A DNA stretch of 64,000 bases from an uncultured Bacteroidia bacterium (GTDB taxonomy: Bacteria > Bacteroidota > Bacteroidia > NS11-12g > UBA955). The stretch's first letter is position 1; every line of letters starts with the position of its first letter. The stretch covers positions 294,294 to 358,293 of the forward strand of contig CALSPH010000002.1 of assembly GCA_943788195.1 (NCBI GenBank), given 5' to 3'. This document shows, one piece after another, positions 9,714-19,605 of this stretch. The translations under genes were made by a program, and so were the position numbers. The notes below the pieces were generated by a model. That model saw nothing but the letters and a program-made list of their open reading frames with translations, was not told where the DNA came from and ran no database searches.

Positions 9714-10460
9714 CTATTTGATTTTTAAATAATCAAATTTGGCAAAGCCCCATTTCTGAAGTCTATATTGAACTGAAACCCACATTACTCCCAGGCCATA
9801 TTTCATACTTCGTTGAAAATTAATAGAGCTTGCTTCTTCAAAATATTTTGTGGGGCAGGTTACTTCTCCAACCTCATAACCAGCCATAAAAATCTGAGCT
9901 GTCATTTGATTGTCGTACACAAAATCATCTGAGTTTTTTTCTATATCAATTTTATCAAATATTTCAGTAGAAAAAGCACGGTACCCAGTGTGATATTCAC
10001 TCAATTTTTGTCCGATCAAAATATTCTGAAATAAGGTTAAAAACCGATTAGCGACATACTTATATTTAGGCATACCCCCTTTTAGTGCCCCTTTGCCTAA
10101 AATCCTCGATGCATAAACCGCAGGATATACCCCATTCGCTATAATGCTGCACATACTCTTTACTAAAAGAGGTGTGTATTGATAATCAGGATGGACCATA
10201 ATTGCGATATCTGCATTCAGTTCAACCGCCTTATTATAACAGCTTTTTTGATTTCCACCATATCCGCGGTTGGCATCGTGCACAATCACATGATTAATAC
10301 CTATTTTCTTGGCTAAAGCTGCTGTATCATCTTTTGAAGCATCATCCACCAAAACGGTTTCATCCACTATATCAAATGGCAATTCCTTAAATGTTTTTTC
10401 TAACGTTTTTGCTGCATTATATGCAGGAAAGACCACAACAACCTTTTTGCCATCAATCAT
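9714..10460 (-). CDS. Glycosyltransferase family 2 (polyprenol-phosphate-sugar synthase-like)
   Basis: VVFPAYNAA, VDDASKD, NRGYGGNQK, HPDYQY, EYHTGYRAF. Start moved to ATG 10460 (ATGA overlap with nhaD stop). Confidence 0.9.
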   Translation of the reverse strand: MIDGKKVVVVFPAYNAAKTLEKTFKELPFDIVDETVLVDDASKDDTAALAKKIGINHVIVHDANRGYGGNQKSCYNKAVELNADIAIMVHPDYQYTPLLVKSMCSIIANGVYPAVYASRILGKGALKGGMPKYKYVANRFLTLFQNILIGQKLSEYHTGYRAFSTEIFDKIDIEKNSDDFVYDNQMTAQIFMAGYEVGEVTCPTKYFEEASSINFQRSMKYGLGVMWVSVQYRLQKWGFAKFDYLKIK

Positions 10461-11821
10461 AAAGCAAACATTGCATAATAAACGGCTGCACCAGCAAAAT
10501 AGCCAATGACAGCCAGCCAACTGATCCTTTTCAAATACCAGCCAAAATCGATTTTTTCAAGACCCATTGCAGCAACTCCAGCTGCTGATCCAATAATTAA
10601 TGCACTTCCGCCGGTTCCAGCACAATAAGCTAGAAATTCCCAAAAATGTCCATTGGCTGCAAAAGCCCCTGAAGGGGCAATATCATACATTCCTTGCGCT
10701 GCTGCAACCAATGGAACGTTATCGACAATGGCTGAAAGCAAACCAATCACTATATTTATGGAATAAATATTACCTGAGAAGGCGGCATCCAAAGAGGTGG
10801 CAACGGTTCTTAAATGACCCACTTCTTGAAGGGCAGACACCGCTAACAATATTCCAAGAAAGAACAATACACTGGCGACATCAATCTTTTGCAAAACACC
10901 AATAATAGATAATGGGTGTCTAACTTCTTTACTTTTCCCCTTGTGCATTATTTCCGTAGCTGCCCAAACGACACCCAAACTCATCATCATACCCATAAAC
11001 GGGGGTAAATGAGTCACTGTTTTGAATATGGGAACAAAAATCAATCCCGCAACACCCAATAAGAAGACAAACATTCGTTCACCAGGAGTGGTTGGATTTA
11101 AGTAATGGTCTTCCGTTTCTTGCCGAATAGGTCGTTCAACATTTCCTTTATATGTAAAACTCAATATGGTTAGTGGCACTAAAACCGTAACTAAACTAGG
11201 TATGAAAAGATCCACAACCAAATTGGGAACATCCGGCAACTGGCCTTTAATCCAAAGCATTGTTGTGGTAACATCCCCAATAGGAGACCAAGCACCCCCA
11301 GCATTGGCCGCTAAAACCACCATACCAACATACATCCATCTTGTTTTTTGATCGGTTACCAGTTTTCGCAGTAATGAAATCATTACAATAGTAGTCGTAA
11401 GATTATCTAATGCAGCTGAGAAAAAGAATGTTAATATGCAAATGATCCAAAGTAATTTAGTCTTATTGGTTGTTTTAATTCGATTAGTAATTACGGCAAA
11501 ACCTTCATGGGCATCCACAGTCTCCACAATGGTCATAGCACCGATTAAGAAAAATAAAATACTGGCTATTTCACTAATGTGATGCAACAGACGATGCTCA
11601 AAATAGTATGCTAAACTTGGATTAATGGTTTCCTTTAGGCCTTTCCAAGTCTCAAAATTTTCAGCCATATGAGGTGCCACGTCTTCTGAACCTAATACAA
11701 ATAAAGTCCAACAAAGAACCCCAGTTAGAAGTGCACTAGCAGCCTTATCAATTTTAATTGGATGCTCTAATGCAATGGCTGTATAGCCTAGAATAAATAC
11801 GATGATAATTGCAATTGCCAT
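10457..11821 (-). CDS. nhaD: Na+/H+ antiporter NhaD
   Basis: LDNLTTTIVM, AANAGGAWSPIGDVTTTMLW, DNVPLVAA, AGTGGSALIIGSAAGVAAMG. Confidence 0.93.
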   Translation of the reverse strand: MAIAIIIVFILGYTAIALEHPIKIDKAASALLTGVLCWTLFVLGSEDVAPHMAENFETWKGLKETINPSLAYYFEHRLLHHISEIASILFFLIGAMTIVETVDAHEGFAVITNRIKTTNKTKLLWIICILTFFFSAALDNLTTTIVMISLLRKLVTDQKTRWMYVGMVVLAANAGGAWSPIGDVTTTMLWIKGQLPDVPNLVVDLFIPSLVTVLVPLTILSFTYKGNVERPIRQETEDHYLNPTTPGERMFVFLLGVAGLIFVPIFKTVTHLPPFMGMMMSLGVVWAATEIMHKGKSKEVRHPLSIIGVLQKIDVASVLFFLGILLAVSALQEVGHLRTVATSLDAAFSGNIYSINIVIGLLSAIVDNVPLVAAAQGMYDIAPSGAFAANGHFWEFLAYCAGTGGSALIIGSAAGVAAMGLEKIDFGWYLKRISWLAVIGYFAGAAVYYAMFAL

Positions 11822-11872
11822 ATTCCTTTATTTTGGTGCAATTTTCATACTTAAAACAGCATTTTCAAAATT

Positions 11873-12325
11873 TTATATTCCACTAAACGCTAAATCTTCC
11901 AAAAATTGCTTGTTTACAACATCATAATATATATGCTGTAGTCCATTACTCAGCATTATATATCGGGGTTTTTCGGATTGTGCATAGGTTAAACTCTGAA
12001 TAAGTGTTTCCTCAGTAAGTTTTATACTTGGAGCCTTACACTCTACTAACAGGATAAGATTAAGAGAATTATCATACACTTTAAGATCATATCTTTTCTT
12101 TAAACCATTGAAACTGGTCCCTTTTTCGATACTAATTAGGCCTTTACCTAATTGTTTATGTTCTATTAAAAAGGACACTATATGTTGCCTCACCCATTCC
12201 TCTGGTGTTAATTGGATATATTTTTTTCGCACTCTGTCAAAAATGTACGTTTTTTGTGCTCGAGTTTCGAAATTAAACGAATAAACAAATGGTTTGAAAT
12301 TGAGTTCGTAAAGTACCTTGATAAT
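11873..12325 (-). CDS. Stand-alone HsdR N-terminal-domain (HSDR_N_2) protein; start uncertain
   Basis: IFDRVRKKYIQLTPEEWVRQH, RYD, LVECKAP, SNGLQH; divergent from holA. The ORF-track extension to 12412 overlaps holA. Confidence 0.8.
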   Translation of the reverse strand: MIKVLYELNFKPFVYSFNFETRAQKTYIFDRVRKKYIQLTPEEWVRQHIVSFLIEHKQLGKGLISIEKGTSFNGLKKRYDLKVYDNSLNLILLVECKAPSIKLTEETLIQSLTYAQSEKPRYIMLSNGLQHIYYDVVNKQFLEDLAFSGI

Positions 12326-12337
12326 CGCAAAACTAAG

Positions 12338-13348
12338 ATGTCTAAGCCCACATTTGAAAGTATAATCAAAGAAATTAATGAAAAAACATTTCATTCCATC
12401 TATGTGCTGCAAGGAGATGAAACCTATTATATTGATAAAATTGTTGATGCTCTAGAACAAAACGTGCTTTCTGAAGCAGATAAAAGTTTTAACCAAACCA
12501 TTGTTTATGGGAAAGAAGCCAACGCCATGTCAGTATCAATGGCCGCCAAAAGATATCCGATGCCTCCGGCCCAACATCAATTAATTATTGTCAAAGAGGC
12601 GCAGGCAATGAAAGATATTGAAGGACTGGCGAACTACTTTGAAAACAGCACTTCGAGTACTGTGCTTTGTTTGGCATTAAAAAACAAAAAACTAGACGGG
12701 CGAAAAAAACTTGCCAAGTTGGCCAAAAAGTTCTGCCTTTTTAACTCCGACCCCATCCGTGATTACCAAGTACCTAATTGGGTAGAGGGATATATACGCT
12801 CTAAAGGAAAAAATATTGACGGAAAAGCCAACCTTTTAATCACTGAATATTTAGGGAACAGTCTTTCTAAGGTGGCGAATGAAATTGATAAGATGCTCAT
12901 TAATATTGGAGATGCCGCTGTCATCACACTTAAGCACATCGAGGAAAATATTGGCATCAGCAAGGATTATAATGTATTTGAATTGCAAAAAGCAGTAGGA
13001 ATGAAGCAGTTTAACAAAGCCATTCAAATAGCCCACTACTTTGCAAGTGATGAAAGGAAAAACCCCATTATCCTATCGATTGCGAATTTGAACACCTATT
13101 TTATTAAAATACTCTTATACATTGAGAATAGGGGCAAACCAGATTTTGAATTAAGCAAAGTTCTGGGCCTTCGAAATGATTATGCTTTGAGTGAATACCG
13201 GCAAGCTTCCTCTAATTATACCAAAGAAAAAGTAGAAGAAATTCTCGGTTTACTCAAGTATTATGACCTCAGAAGTAAGGGAGTTGAAAGCAGTGGAGAA
13301 GATGAAGGAAAGCTTTTAATTGAGCTGCTGGTTAAAATCATGAAATAA
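12338..13348 (+). CDS. holA: DNA polymerase III subunit delta
   Basis: YVLQGDETYYID, FNQTIVYGKE, KRYPM, IVKEAQ, IGISKDYNVFELQKA; start set at ATG 12338. Confidence 0.93.
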   Translation: MSKPTFESIIKEINEKTFHSIYVLQGDETYYIDKIVDALEQNVLSEADKSFNQTIVYGKEANAMSVSMAAKRYPMPPAQHQLIIVKEAQAMKDIEGLANYFENSTSSTVLCLALKNKKLDGRKKLAKLAKKFCLFNSDPIRDYQVPNWVEGYIRSKGKNIDGKANLLITEYLGNSLSKVANEIDKMLINIGDAAVITLKHIEENIGISKDYNVFELQKAVGMKQFNKAIQIAHYFASDERKNPIILSIANLNTYFIKILLYIENRGKPDFELSKVLGLRNDYALSEYRQASSNYTKEKVEEILGLLKYYDLRSKGVESSGEDEGKLLIELLVKIMK

Positions 13349-13442
13349 AATCTATATAAATATTACAGAAGTATTATACTCTAATATAAGTAAAACGGTT
13401 ATTTTTATTTATTTTCACGGACTTAAATTGATTTAACGAAAT

Positions 13443-15371
13443 ATGAAAAAACATTACTTAACTATTTTAGGATTAGCATGCACTACTTTATTGTTTGGGC
13501 AAACAAATGCTGATTTATCTAACGTAGCAGTTGAAGCATCTCCTAAGATGACAACTTCTGTTTACGAACAAACTAGCGCAAGTACATCAACAACGGCAAG
13601 CACCAATTCTAATAATATCAGAAGAAGTAACGCGGCAGTTGTTGTTGGAAACACTAAATACGACCTTCAGACGAATGCTGCCGTTGCAAGACGAGTAATT
13701 TTACATAGCAATGGAACCGTATCCATGGTATGGACACAAGCAGCAGATGATGGTTTTCAAGAAAGAGGTGCTGGATACTATTATGTAAGTCAACCTGGTG
13801 GTTGGTTTAACCCAGGTCCACTTAACAATGTTCGTTTGGAATCTATTCGAACAGGATGGCCTCAAATTGGAGTCATGACGAATGGAAATGAATTCACACT
13901 CGGTCATTTAGCATCTGACGGCGGATGGGCTAGAGCAGAGAACACAGGATTAGGAACTACCTTCGCCCAAACAGACGCTAGTGTGAATGACGATGGTCTT
14001 TGGAAGCCTATTTGGGGGCGAATGTCCAATACTGGTGATACAGTACACTTGGTTTCAAGCTATACCGATTCAAGTGCAGTTGGTGAGTTAAGAGCTAAAA
14101 CAATCAATGGTGTATATGCAGCAATGACTTATTCTAGATCATTAGATGGTGGTAAAACTTGGCCAATCAGCCATATTACCTTACCTGGTTACGATTCGAC
14201 AAGATATAACTCAGGTGGAGGTGACCAATACAGTATTGATGCTAGAGGTAATGTGGTTGCAATTGTAACAACCGATATACTTGAAGATTTAGCATACTGG
14301 AAATCTACAGATTACGGTTTGACTTTTACTAAAGTAATAATTGATTCATTCAAATACGCTCCATACACATCAAAGACATTAATGTTGGACACTCCATTTA
14401 CCCAAGACGGTACGAGCACTGTTGTGGTTGATAAAGGAGGAAATGTGCATGTTGCTTGGGGCATCAGTAGAGCATTTGATGACGATACAACAAACGAAAC
14501 ATATTCTTTCTATCCTGGTACTGCAGGTATTGGCTACTGGAATGAAATTGATCAAAACATTGAAGTAATTGCAGTTGGATCTGACCTAGATTTAAATAAC
14601 GATGGTATATTAACTTTTGCTCAAGGTAATATAGCTAACCTAAGCGGAGGGAATTTGCCTACAGGAGTTAACCACGTGGCGCGAACTGGAAATACAAGTA
14701 TTATGACCATGCCAAGTATGGGTATGGATAAAAACGGAAGAATTTTTGTATCCTTTTCATGTGTCAATGAACAAGCTATTGATCAAATATGGAGTCTTAA
14801 CTTAAGAGATGCCTATATTGTAATGTCTCAAGATACCGGAAAAACTTGGGCTGATCCATTAAACGTAACAAACCTACAAGAGAAAGAAGTAGCTTTCCCT
14901 TCTATTGCAAGAGATGTTGATGATTATATTCATATGCAGTTTCAATCAGATGACATCCCTGGAACCAATTTACAGAACAACGTGGATGCAATAGGAAACC
15001 ACCCTGTTGTGGAAAATGATATTTGTTACATTGCTGTGCCAGTAAGTCAAGTGATTGCCGCATCATTAGATGATGTTGCTTTAAGTGTAGATAAAATCAC
15101 TTCTTCTAAAGTATTTGTTGTTGGTCAGAACCAACCAAATCCTTTTATCGGCTCAACTGATGTTACTATTTACTTGAGTAACCCTTCAAACTTAAACGTT
15201 ACAATTACCAATATTGCTGGTAAAGTTGTTAGTTCATTCAAAACAGACGAATTAGCGACTGGTAACCATATTGTTACCATTGACGGAAGCAAACTTAAGT
15301 CAGGAATATACTTTTATACCATGTCAGCTAGCAATGGCGAGACTGTTACCAAGAAAATGGTTGTAAAGTAA
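13443..15371 (+). CDS. T9SS-secreted BNR/Asp-box beta-propeller protein with type A CTD
   Basis: Signal peptide; Asp-boxes SRSLDGGKTW, STDYGLTF, SQDTGKTW; CTD QNQPNPF..GKVV..LKSGIYFY..TKKMVVK. Confidence 0.85.
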   Translation: MKKHYLTILGLACTTLLFGQTNADLSNVAVEASPKMTTSVYEQTSASTSTTASTNSNNIRRSNAAVVVGNTKYDLQTNAAVARRVILHSNGTVSMVWTQAADDGFQERGAGYYYVSQPGGWFNPGPLNNVRLESIRTGWPQIGVMTNGNEFTLGHLASDGGWARAENTGLGTTFAQTDASVNDDGLWKPIWGRMSNTGDTVHLVSSYTDSSAVGELRAKTINGVYAAMTYSRSLDGGKTWPISHITLPGYDSTRYNSGGGDQYSIDARGNVVAIVTTDILEDLAYWKSTDYGLTFTKVIIDSFKYAPYTSKTLMLDTPFTQDGTSTVVVDKGGNVHVAWGISRAFDDDTTNETYSFYPGTAGIGYWNEIDQNIEVIAVGSDLDLNNDGILTFAQGNIANLSGGNLPTGVNHVARTGNTSIMTMPSMGMDKNGRIFVSFSCVNEQAIDQIWSLNLRDAYIVMSQDTGKTWADPLNVTNLQEKEVAFPSIARDVDDYIHMQFQSDDIPGTNLQNNVDAIGNHPVVENDICYIAVPVSQVIAASLDDVALSVDKITSSKVFVVGQNQPNPFIGSTDVTIYLSNPSNLNVTITNIAGKVVSSFKTDELATGNHIVTIDGSKLKSGIYFYTMSASNGETVTKKMVVK

Positions 15372-15390
15372 CATTACTTAGCTTTAATCT

Positions 15391-15423
15391 AAAAAGCCCT
15401 TTGCATTTTGCAAAGGGCTTTTT
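15391..15423 (+). terminator. Rho-independent terminator
   Basis: AAAAAGCCCTTTGCA-TTT-TGCAAAGGGCTTTTT after the T9SS gene. Confidence 0.85.
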
Positions 15424-15483
15424 ATTTATTCACAGGTTTTGCAAATAGAGTTAATTAGAGCGCATTTTTTTTAGATTTGCTGT

Positions 15484-16842
15484 ATGGCAAAAATTCTTGT
15501 TATTGATGACGAAGAAAGCATAAGAAATACCCTGGCTGAAATCCTTGAGTATGAAAAGTACACTGTTGACAAAGCAGAGAACGGTAAAAAAGGGATCGCT
15601 ACACTTAAAAAATCAGAGTATGATGCAGTGTTATGCGACATAAAAATGCCTATCATGGATGGCATGGAGTTTCTGGATGAATCCACAAAGCTTTATCCAG
15701 ACCTTCCAATTGTTATGATTTCTGGCCATGGCACAATTGATACTGCTGTTGAAGCAACCAAAAAGGGAGCTTATGATTTCATAACTAAGCCACCAGACTT
15801 AAATCGCTTACTTATCACCATTCGGAATGCACTAGATAAAACTAATCTAGTAACGGAAACTAAAATTCTCAAACGTAGAGTTAATAAGACTAAAAGCATT
15901 TTAGGTAAAACGCCTGCCATTGAAAAGATAAAACAAACCATTGAAAAAGTGGCTCCTACAGAAGCAAGAGTATTAATTACTGGAGCCAATGGAACAGGAA
16001 AGGAACTAATTGCAAGATGGATTCATGAGAAAAGTGTACGAGGCTCCCATTCATTGATAGAGGTGAACTGTGCAGCAATTCCCAGTGAACTAATTGAAAG
16101 TGAACTATTTGGTCATGAGAAAGGTAGTTTTACTTCTGCGGTCAAACAACGTATTGGTAAATTTGAATTAGCCGATAATGGAACCTTGTTTCTTGATGAG
16201 GTAGGCGACATGAGCTTAGCTGCTCAGGCCAAAGTTCTTCGAGCTATTCAGGAAGGTACCATCGCACGAGTTGGAGGTGACAAGGAAATAAACGTGAATG
16301 TGAGGGTTATAGCGGCAACGAATAAAAACCTTCTAGAAGAAATTGAAAAGGGGAATTTTAGACTTGATCTATATCATAGACTTGGGGTGATTTTAATACA
16401 CAACCCTACACTGAATGAAAGAGAAGAAGACATCCCTGTTATTGCTGAAAAGTTCATTGCTGAGATTTGTGAAGACAACGGGATACCAAAAAAAGAATTC
16501 ACCAAAGAAGGATTTGATGCATTAAAACAAATCAAGTGGACAGGTAATATCCGTGAACTACGTAATGTGATTGAACGCATGGTAATCCTATGTGGCAGCA
16601 AAATAAGTGCGGATGATGTGTTCAACAACGCAAATCCAGCAGCTCGAATTCATGAGGGCATGAATAGCGTGGATGAATTCGAAAAGTTTCAAGAATTTAA
16701 AGACTTTGCCGAAAAACTCTTCATAAAGAAAAAGCTTGAAGACAACAATTGGAATGTTGCCAAAACTGCTCAGGAAATAGACATTCAGCGCAGTCATCTA
16801 TATAATAAAATTGAGAAGTTTGGTTTAAAGCGAACCAGCTGA
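15484..16842 (+). CDS. NtrX/NtrC-family response regulator (REC-AAA+-HTH)
   Basis: Receiver DIKMPIMDG, Walker A GANGTGKE, ESELFGHEKGSFTSA, FLDEVGDM, WTGNIRELRN, C-terminal Fis-type HTH. Confidence 0.93.
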   Translation: MAKILVIDDEESIRNTLAEILEYEKYTVDKAENGKKGIATLKKSEYDAVLCDIKMPIMDGMEFLDESTKLYPDLPIVMISGHGTIDTAVEATKKGAYDFITKPPDLNRLLITIRNALDKTNLVTETKILKRRVNKTKSILGKTPAIEKIKQTIEKVAPTEARVLITGANGTGKELIARWIHEKSVRGSHSLIEVNCAAIPSELIESELFGHEKGSFTSAVKQRIGKFELADNGTLFLDEVGDMSLAAQAKVLRAIQEGTIARVGGDKEINVNVRVIAATNKNLLEEIEKGNFRLDLYHRLGVILIHNPTLNEREEDIPVIAEKFIAEICEDNGIPKKEFTKEGFDALKQIKWTGNIRELRNVIERMVILCGSKISADDVFNNANPAARIHEGMNSVDEFEKFQEFKDFAEKLFIKKKLEDNNWNVAKTAQEIDIQRSHLYNKIEKFGLKRTS

Positions 16843-17783
16843 TGCGTATCGGCAATTCCATAGCCGAAGCTAAGAAGCACTTAGACCTAAACGGAATTGT
16901 TGCAATTCCAACTGAAACAGTTTATGGATTGGCGGCTTGCGCATTGAATGATGAAGCCATTCTCAAAGTATTTAAAGCAAAAAACAGGCCTCATTTTGAT
17001 CCACTGATTGTGCATGTTGCCAATGGTACTGAGGCTAAGAAATATGCTGAGATTCCAACAAAACTGCAGCCATTAGCAAATGAACTTTGGCCTGGACCAT
17101 TGACATTGTTATTGATCAAAAAACCAATGATCTCGGATTTGGTCACTGCAGGTAGTGATTTCGTTGCCCTCCGAGTGCCTAAGCACGCTTTAACGCAAAC
17201 ACTTCTTAGTCAACTGAATTACCCATTGGTGGCTCCTAGTGCAAACCCCTTTGGATATGTTAGTCCAACTACTGCTCAACATGTAGCCAAAAACCTCACA
17301 TCTGTAGATTATATTTTAGATGGTGGTGCATGCGAACATGGAATTGAATCAACCATCATTGGTTTAGAACAGAATCAAATTTTCGTGTACCGATTAGGCT
17401 CCACCTCATTGGAAGAAATTGAGCGGATATGTAATGAACCAGTCCAGCTGAAAATTCAAAACAACAGCAACCCGAAAGCACCTGGGATGCTCGACAAGCA
17501 CTATTCACCAAAATGTCGCCTAAGTATATATAAACCAGAAAAAGATGCAGCAGACCGCACGGGAAAGGCTTTAATTTGGTATGGAGAGGATGCACCTATA
17601 GGATATGAGAACGTATACTTTCTTAGCAAGGAAAAGTCATTGGATGAAGCGGCAAAGAACTTATTTGCCATTCTTAGAGATTTGGATGAAAATCAATGGA
17701 GCAAGGCAGAAATTAATCTGGTACCAAATCAAGGTATTGGCAGAGCGATTAACGATCGCATTAAACGTGCCTGTGTAATTTAA
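16842..17783 (+). CDS. sua5: L-threonylcarbamoyladenylate synthase (Sua5/TsaC2)
   Basis: PTETVYGLA, KNRPHFDPLIVH, WPGPLT, APSAN, PGMLDKHYSP, AINDRIKRA. Confidence 0.94.
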   Translation: MRIGNSIAEAKKHLDLNGIVAIPTETVYGLAACALNDEAILKVFKAKNRPHFDPLIVHVANGTEAKKYAEIPTKLQPLANELWPGPLTLLLIKKPMISDLVTAGSDFVALRVPKHALTQTLLSQLNYPLVAPSANPFGYVSPTTAQHVAKNLTSVDYILDGGACEHGIESTIIGLEQNQIFVYRLGSTSLEEIERICNEPVQLKIQNNSNPKAPGMLDKHYSPKCRLSIYKPEKDAADRTGKALIWYGEDAPIGYENVYFLSKEKSLDEAAKNLFAILRDLDENQWSKAEINLVPNQGIGRAINDRIKRACVI

Positions 17784-18808
17784 GGCTTGTATTTAGCCTT
17801 TTTTAATATTTCTTCTGGGCTAAACTTGTGGAGCAAATTAAAGCTATTCTCCTCCCCTGTTTCTTCCATGTATTTTTTAAGAATTTGATAACCCGCAAAT
17901 ATTGCAATCCGAGGGGGGGCGCCATCAGCAACTCCAGAACGAATGCTTGATGGAGCTTCCCCTATCAAAGGGCGATACTTTTTATACTCACTCTCAAACA
18001 GCAATTCCTCCTTAATTAAATATTGCCAAATATTCTTCTCTTCTTTTAGCGCCCACTCCCATTGCTCTTTACTGTACTCAAATAACTTATATTCTTCTCT
18101 ACAAGGCATCAACCTACTCAATTCATAAATCTTTGCAGCTTCAATTAACATCATCGCCAACATGTTGTTCGGCTTATCTTTTTCAAAAAGAACAAATTCC
18201 CTTCTTACCAATTCCCTTCCCACATTTTGAACTAAATAATCTTTTGTGTAATACGCGTATTTAAATTGGGGATAGAACTGCGGATATGCTTCAAAATCAC
18301 TCCCTAAATACATATCAAGATCTACAAGTATATTGGAGTCATTATAAATCCATGCATTGAAACCGGCAAAACCACTGTAACACGTATTAATTTTAGGGAA
18401 TATTCGTTTTGGGTATCTAAGTTTATAATATCTACTCAATATGTTCAATTCTTTTCTAATTAGGCTGAAATCTCCCATTTCTTGAATAATCCGTTTTCTT
18501 ATTTCTTGGTTTTGAGCGCTATTTATATGGCGGAAAATATTTTGGTCAAAATCTGGATGCGTTCTATTTATACTATAAATCTTATCTAAATATAACCTAT
18601 AAAAATTGCTATCAACTTCTTCTATCTTTTTTAAGCCCTCTACCAACCTCTTAGGGTTGTTCAATCCATAAAAAGAACTATCAAAACGATATATTTCGCT
18701 ATGCGCATCTACCTCCTCAATCGCTTTATGATTGCAATCATTACAAGAAAAAAAAGCGACTGCAATTAATAGTAAAGCGAAGTATGGAATATTTTTTGTG
18801 TATTTCAT
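17780..18808 (-). CDS. gldB: Gliding motility lipoprotein GldB-like
   Basis: Lipobox FFSC; YRFD, LDMYLG, QWEWALKEEKNIWQYL, EAP, PPRIAIFAGYQI..YM, YKP end; near nadE. Start set at ATG 18808. Confidence 0.8.
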   Translation of the reverse strand: MKYTKNIPYFALLLIAVAFFSCNDCNHKAIEEVDAHSEIYRFDSSFYGLNNPKRLVEGLKKIEEVDSNFYRLYLDKIYSINRTHPDFDQNIFRHINSAQNQEIRKRIIQEMGDFSLIRKELNILSRYYKLRYPKRIFPKINTCYSGFAGFNAWIYNDSNILVDLDMYLGSDFEAYPQFYPQFKYAYYTKDYLVQNVGRELVRREFVLFEKDKPNNMLAMMLIEAAKIYELSRLMPCREEYKLFEYSKEQWEWALKEEKNIWQYLIKEELLFESEYKKYRPLIGEAPSSIRSGVADGAPPRIAIFAGYQILKKYMEETGEENSFNLLHKFSPEEILKKAKYKP

Positions 18809-18845
18809 CAAATTATAGAACTTTGCAAAAATCAATAAGATAACT

Positions 18846-19601
18846 ATGACAAACAAGAAAAATTGCCTACTCATACTCATTTTTTTATTTTCAATCGGAT
18901 TAGTGGCACAAGACGCTGCTCCTGCTAAAAAAACTCAATTTGGATTTCGAGCGAGTCCTAACCTTACCTGGAGTAAAATTAAGTCTGGACCAGTTGAAGG
19001 AGACGGTACTGGATTAGGATTTTCTTATGGTTTAATGGCTGATTACAATTTTAGTCAAAACTATTTCCTAAGTTTTGAAGCCTTAGTTACATCTATGCGT
19101 AATAAAATTGTATCCAAAGACAGTTTATACCAAGGAGACCAGGGCGTTGGAGCTTACTACACCAATGTGAAGCAAGATTATAAACTTCAATATCTTCAAA
19201 TTCCTGTTTCTTTGAAAATGAAGACCAATTACATCAATGGCATGAGATATTACTTTCAAGCTGGATTAGCTCCAGGTTTTTTGATTTCTAGAAATGTAAC
19301 TACATCTGCTAGTCCAGCTCTTCGCAAAGAAGGAGAATGGTATTCACCTAATGCATCGGATAATGATAAAGGAGATTTTCAAGAAGATCCGAGCAATCCA
19401 GAATCACAAGCATTTACAAATAATGTTGGTTTATTCCGAGTACCTTTAATTATTGGTGCTGGTTTTGAATATAAATTATCGGGAAACACCGCATTAACCG
19501 CTGGCCTACGATGGGACAACGGATTTACTGATATTTATCGTGATAAGAATACCGTAGGAATCAACAACTATTTAGGACTTTCTGTAGGTATTTTATTTTA
19601 A
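18846..19601 (+). CDS. PorT-like outer-membrane beta-barrel protein
   Basis: Signal peptide, FGFRASPN, LQYLQIPVSLKMKTN, amphipathic strands, terminal Phe. Confidence 0.75.
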   Translation: MTNKKNCLLILIFLFSIGLVAQDAAPAKKTQFGFRASPNLTWSKIKSGPVEGDGTGLGFSYGLMADYNFSQNYFLSFEALVTSMRNKIVSKDSLYQGDQGVGAYYTNVKQDYKLQYLQIPVSLKMKTNYINGMRYYFQAGLAPGFLISRNVTTSASPALRKEGEWYSPNASDNDKGDFQEDPSNPESQAFTNNVGLFRVPLIIGAGFEYKLSGNTALTAGLRWDNGFTDIYRDKNTVGINNYLGLSVGILF

Positions 19602-19605
19602 GTAT

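Noticed and set aside
11873-12412. Type I restriction-modification system
   Set aside because: Only a short HsdR N-terminal domain, with no hsdM, hsdS or helicase; this gene is a routine holA neighbour in Bacteroidota.
15484-16842. GSFTSA instead of GAFTGA as a novelty
   Set aside because: Such variants are common in NtrX-like regulators.
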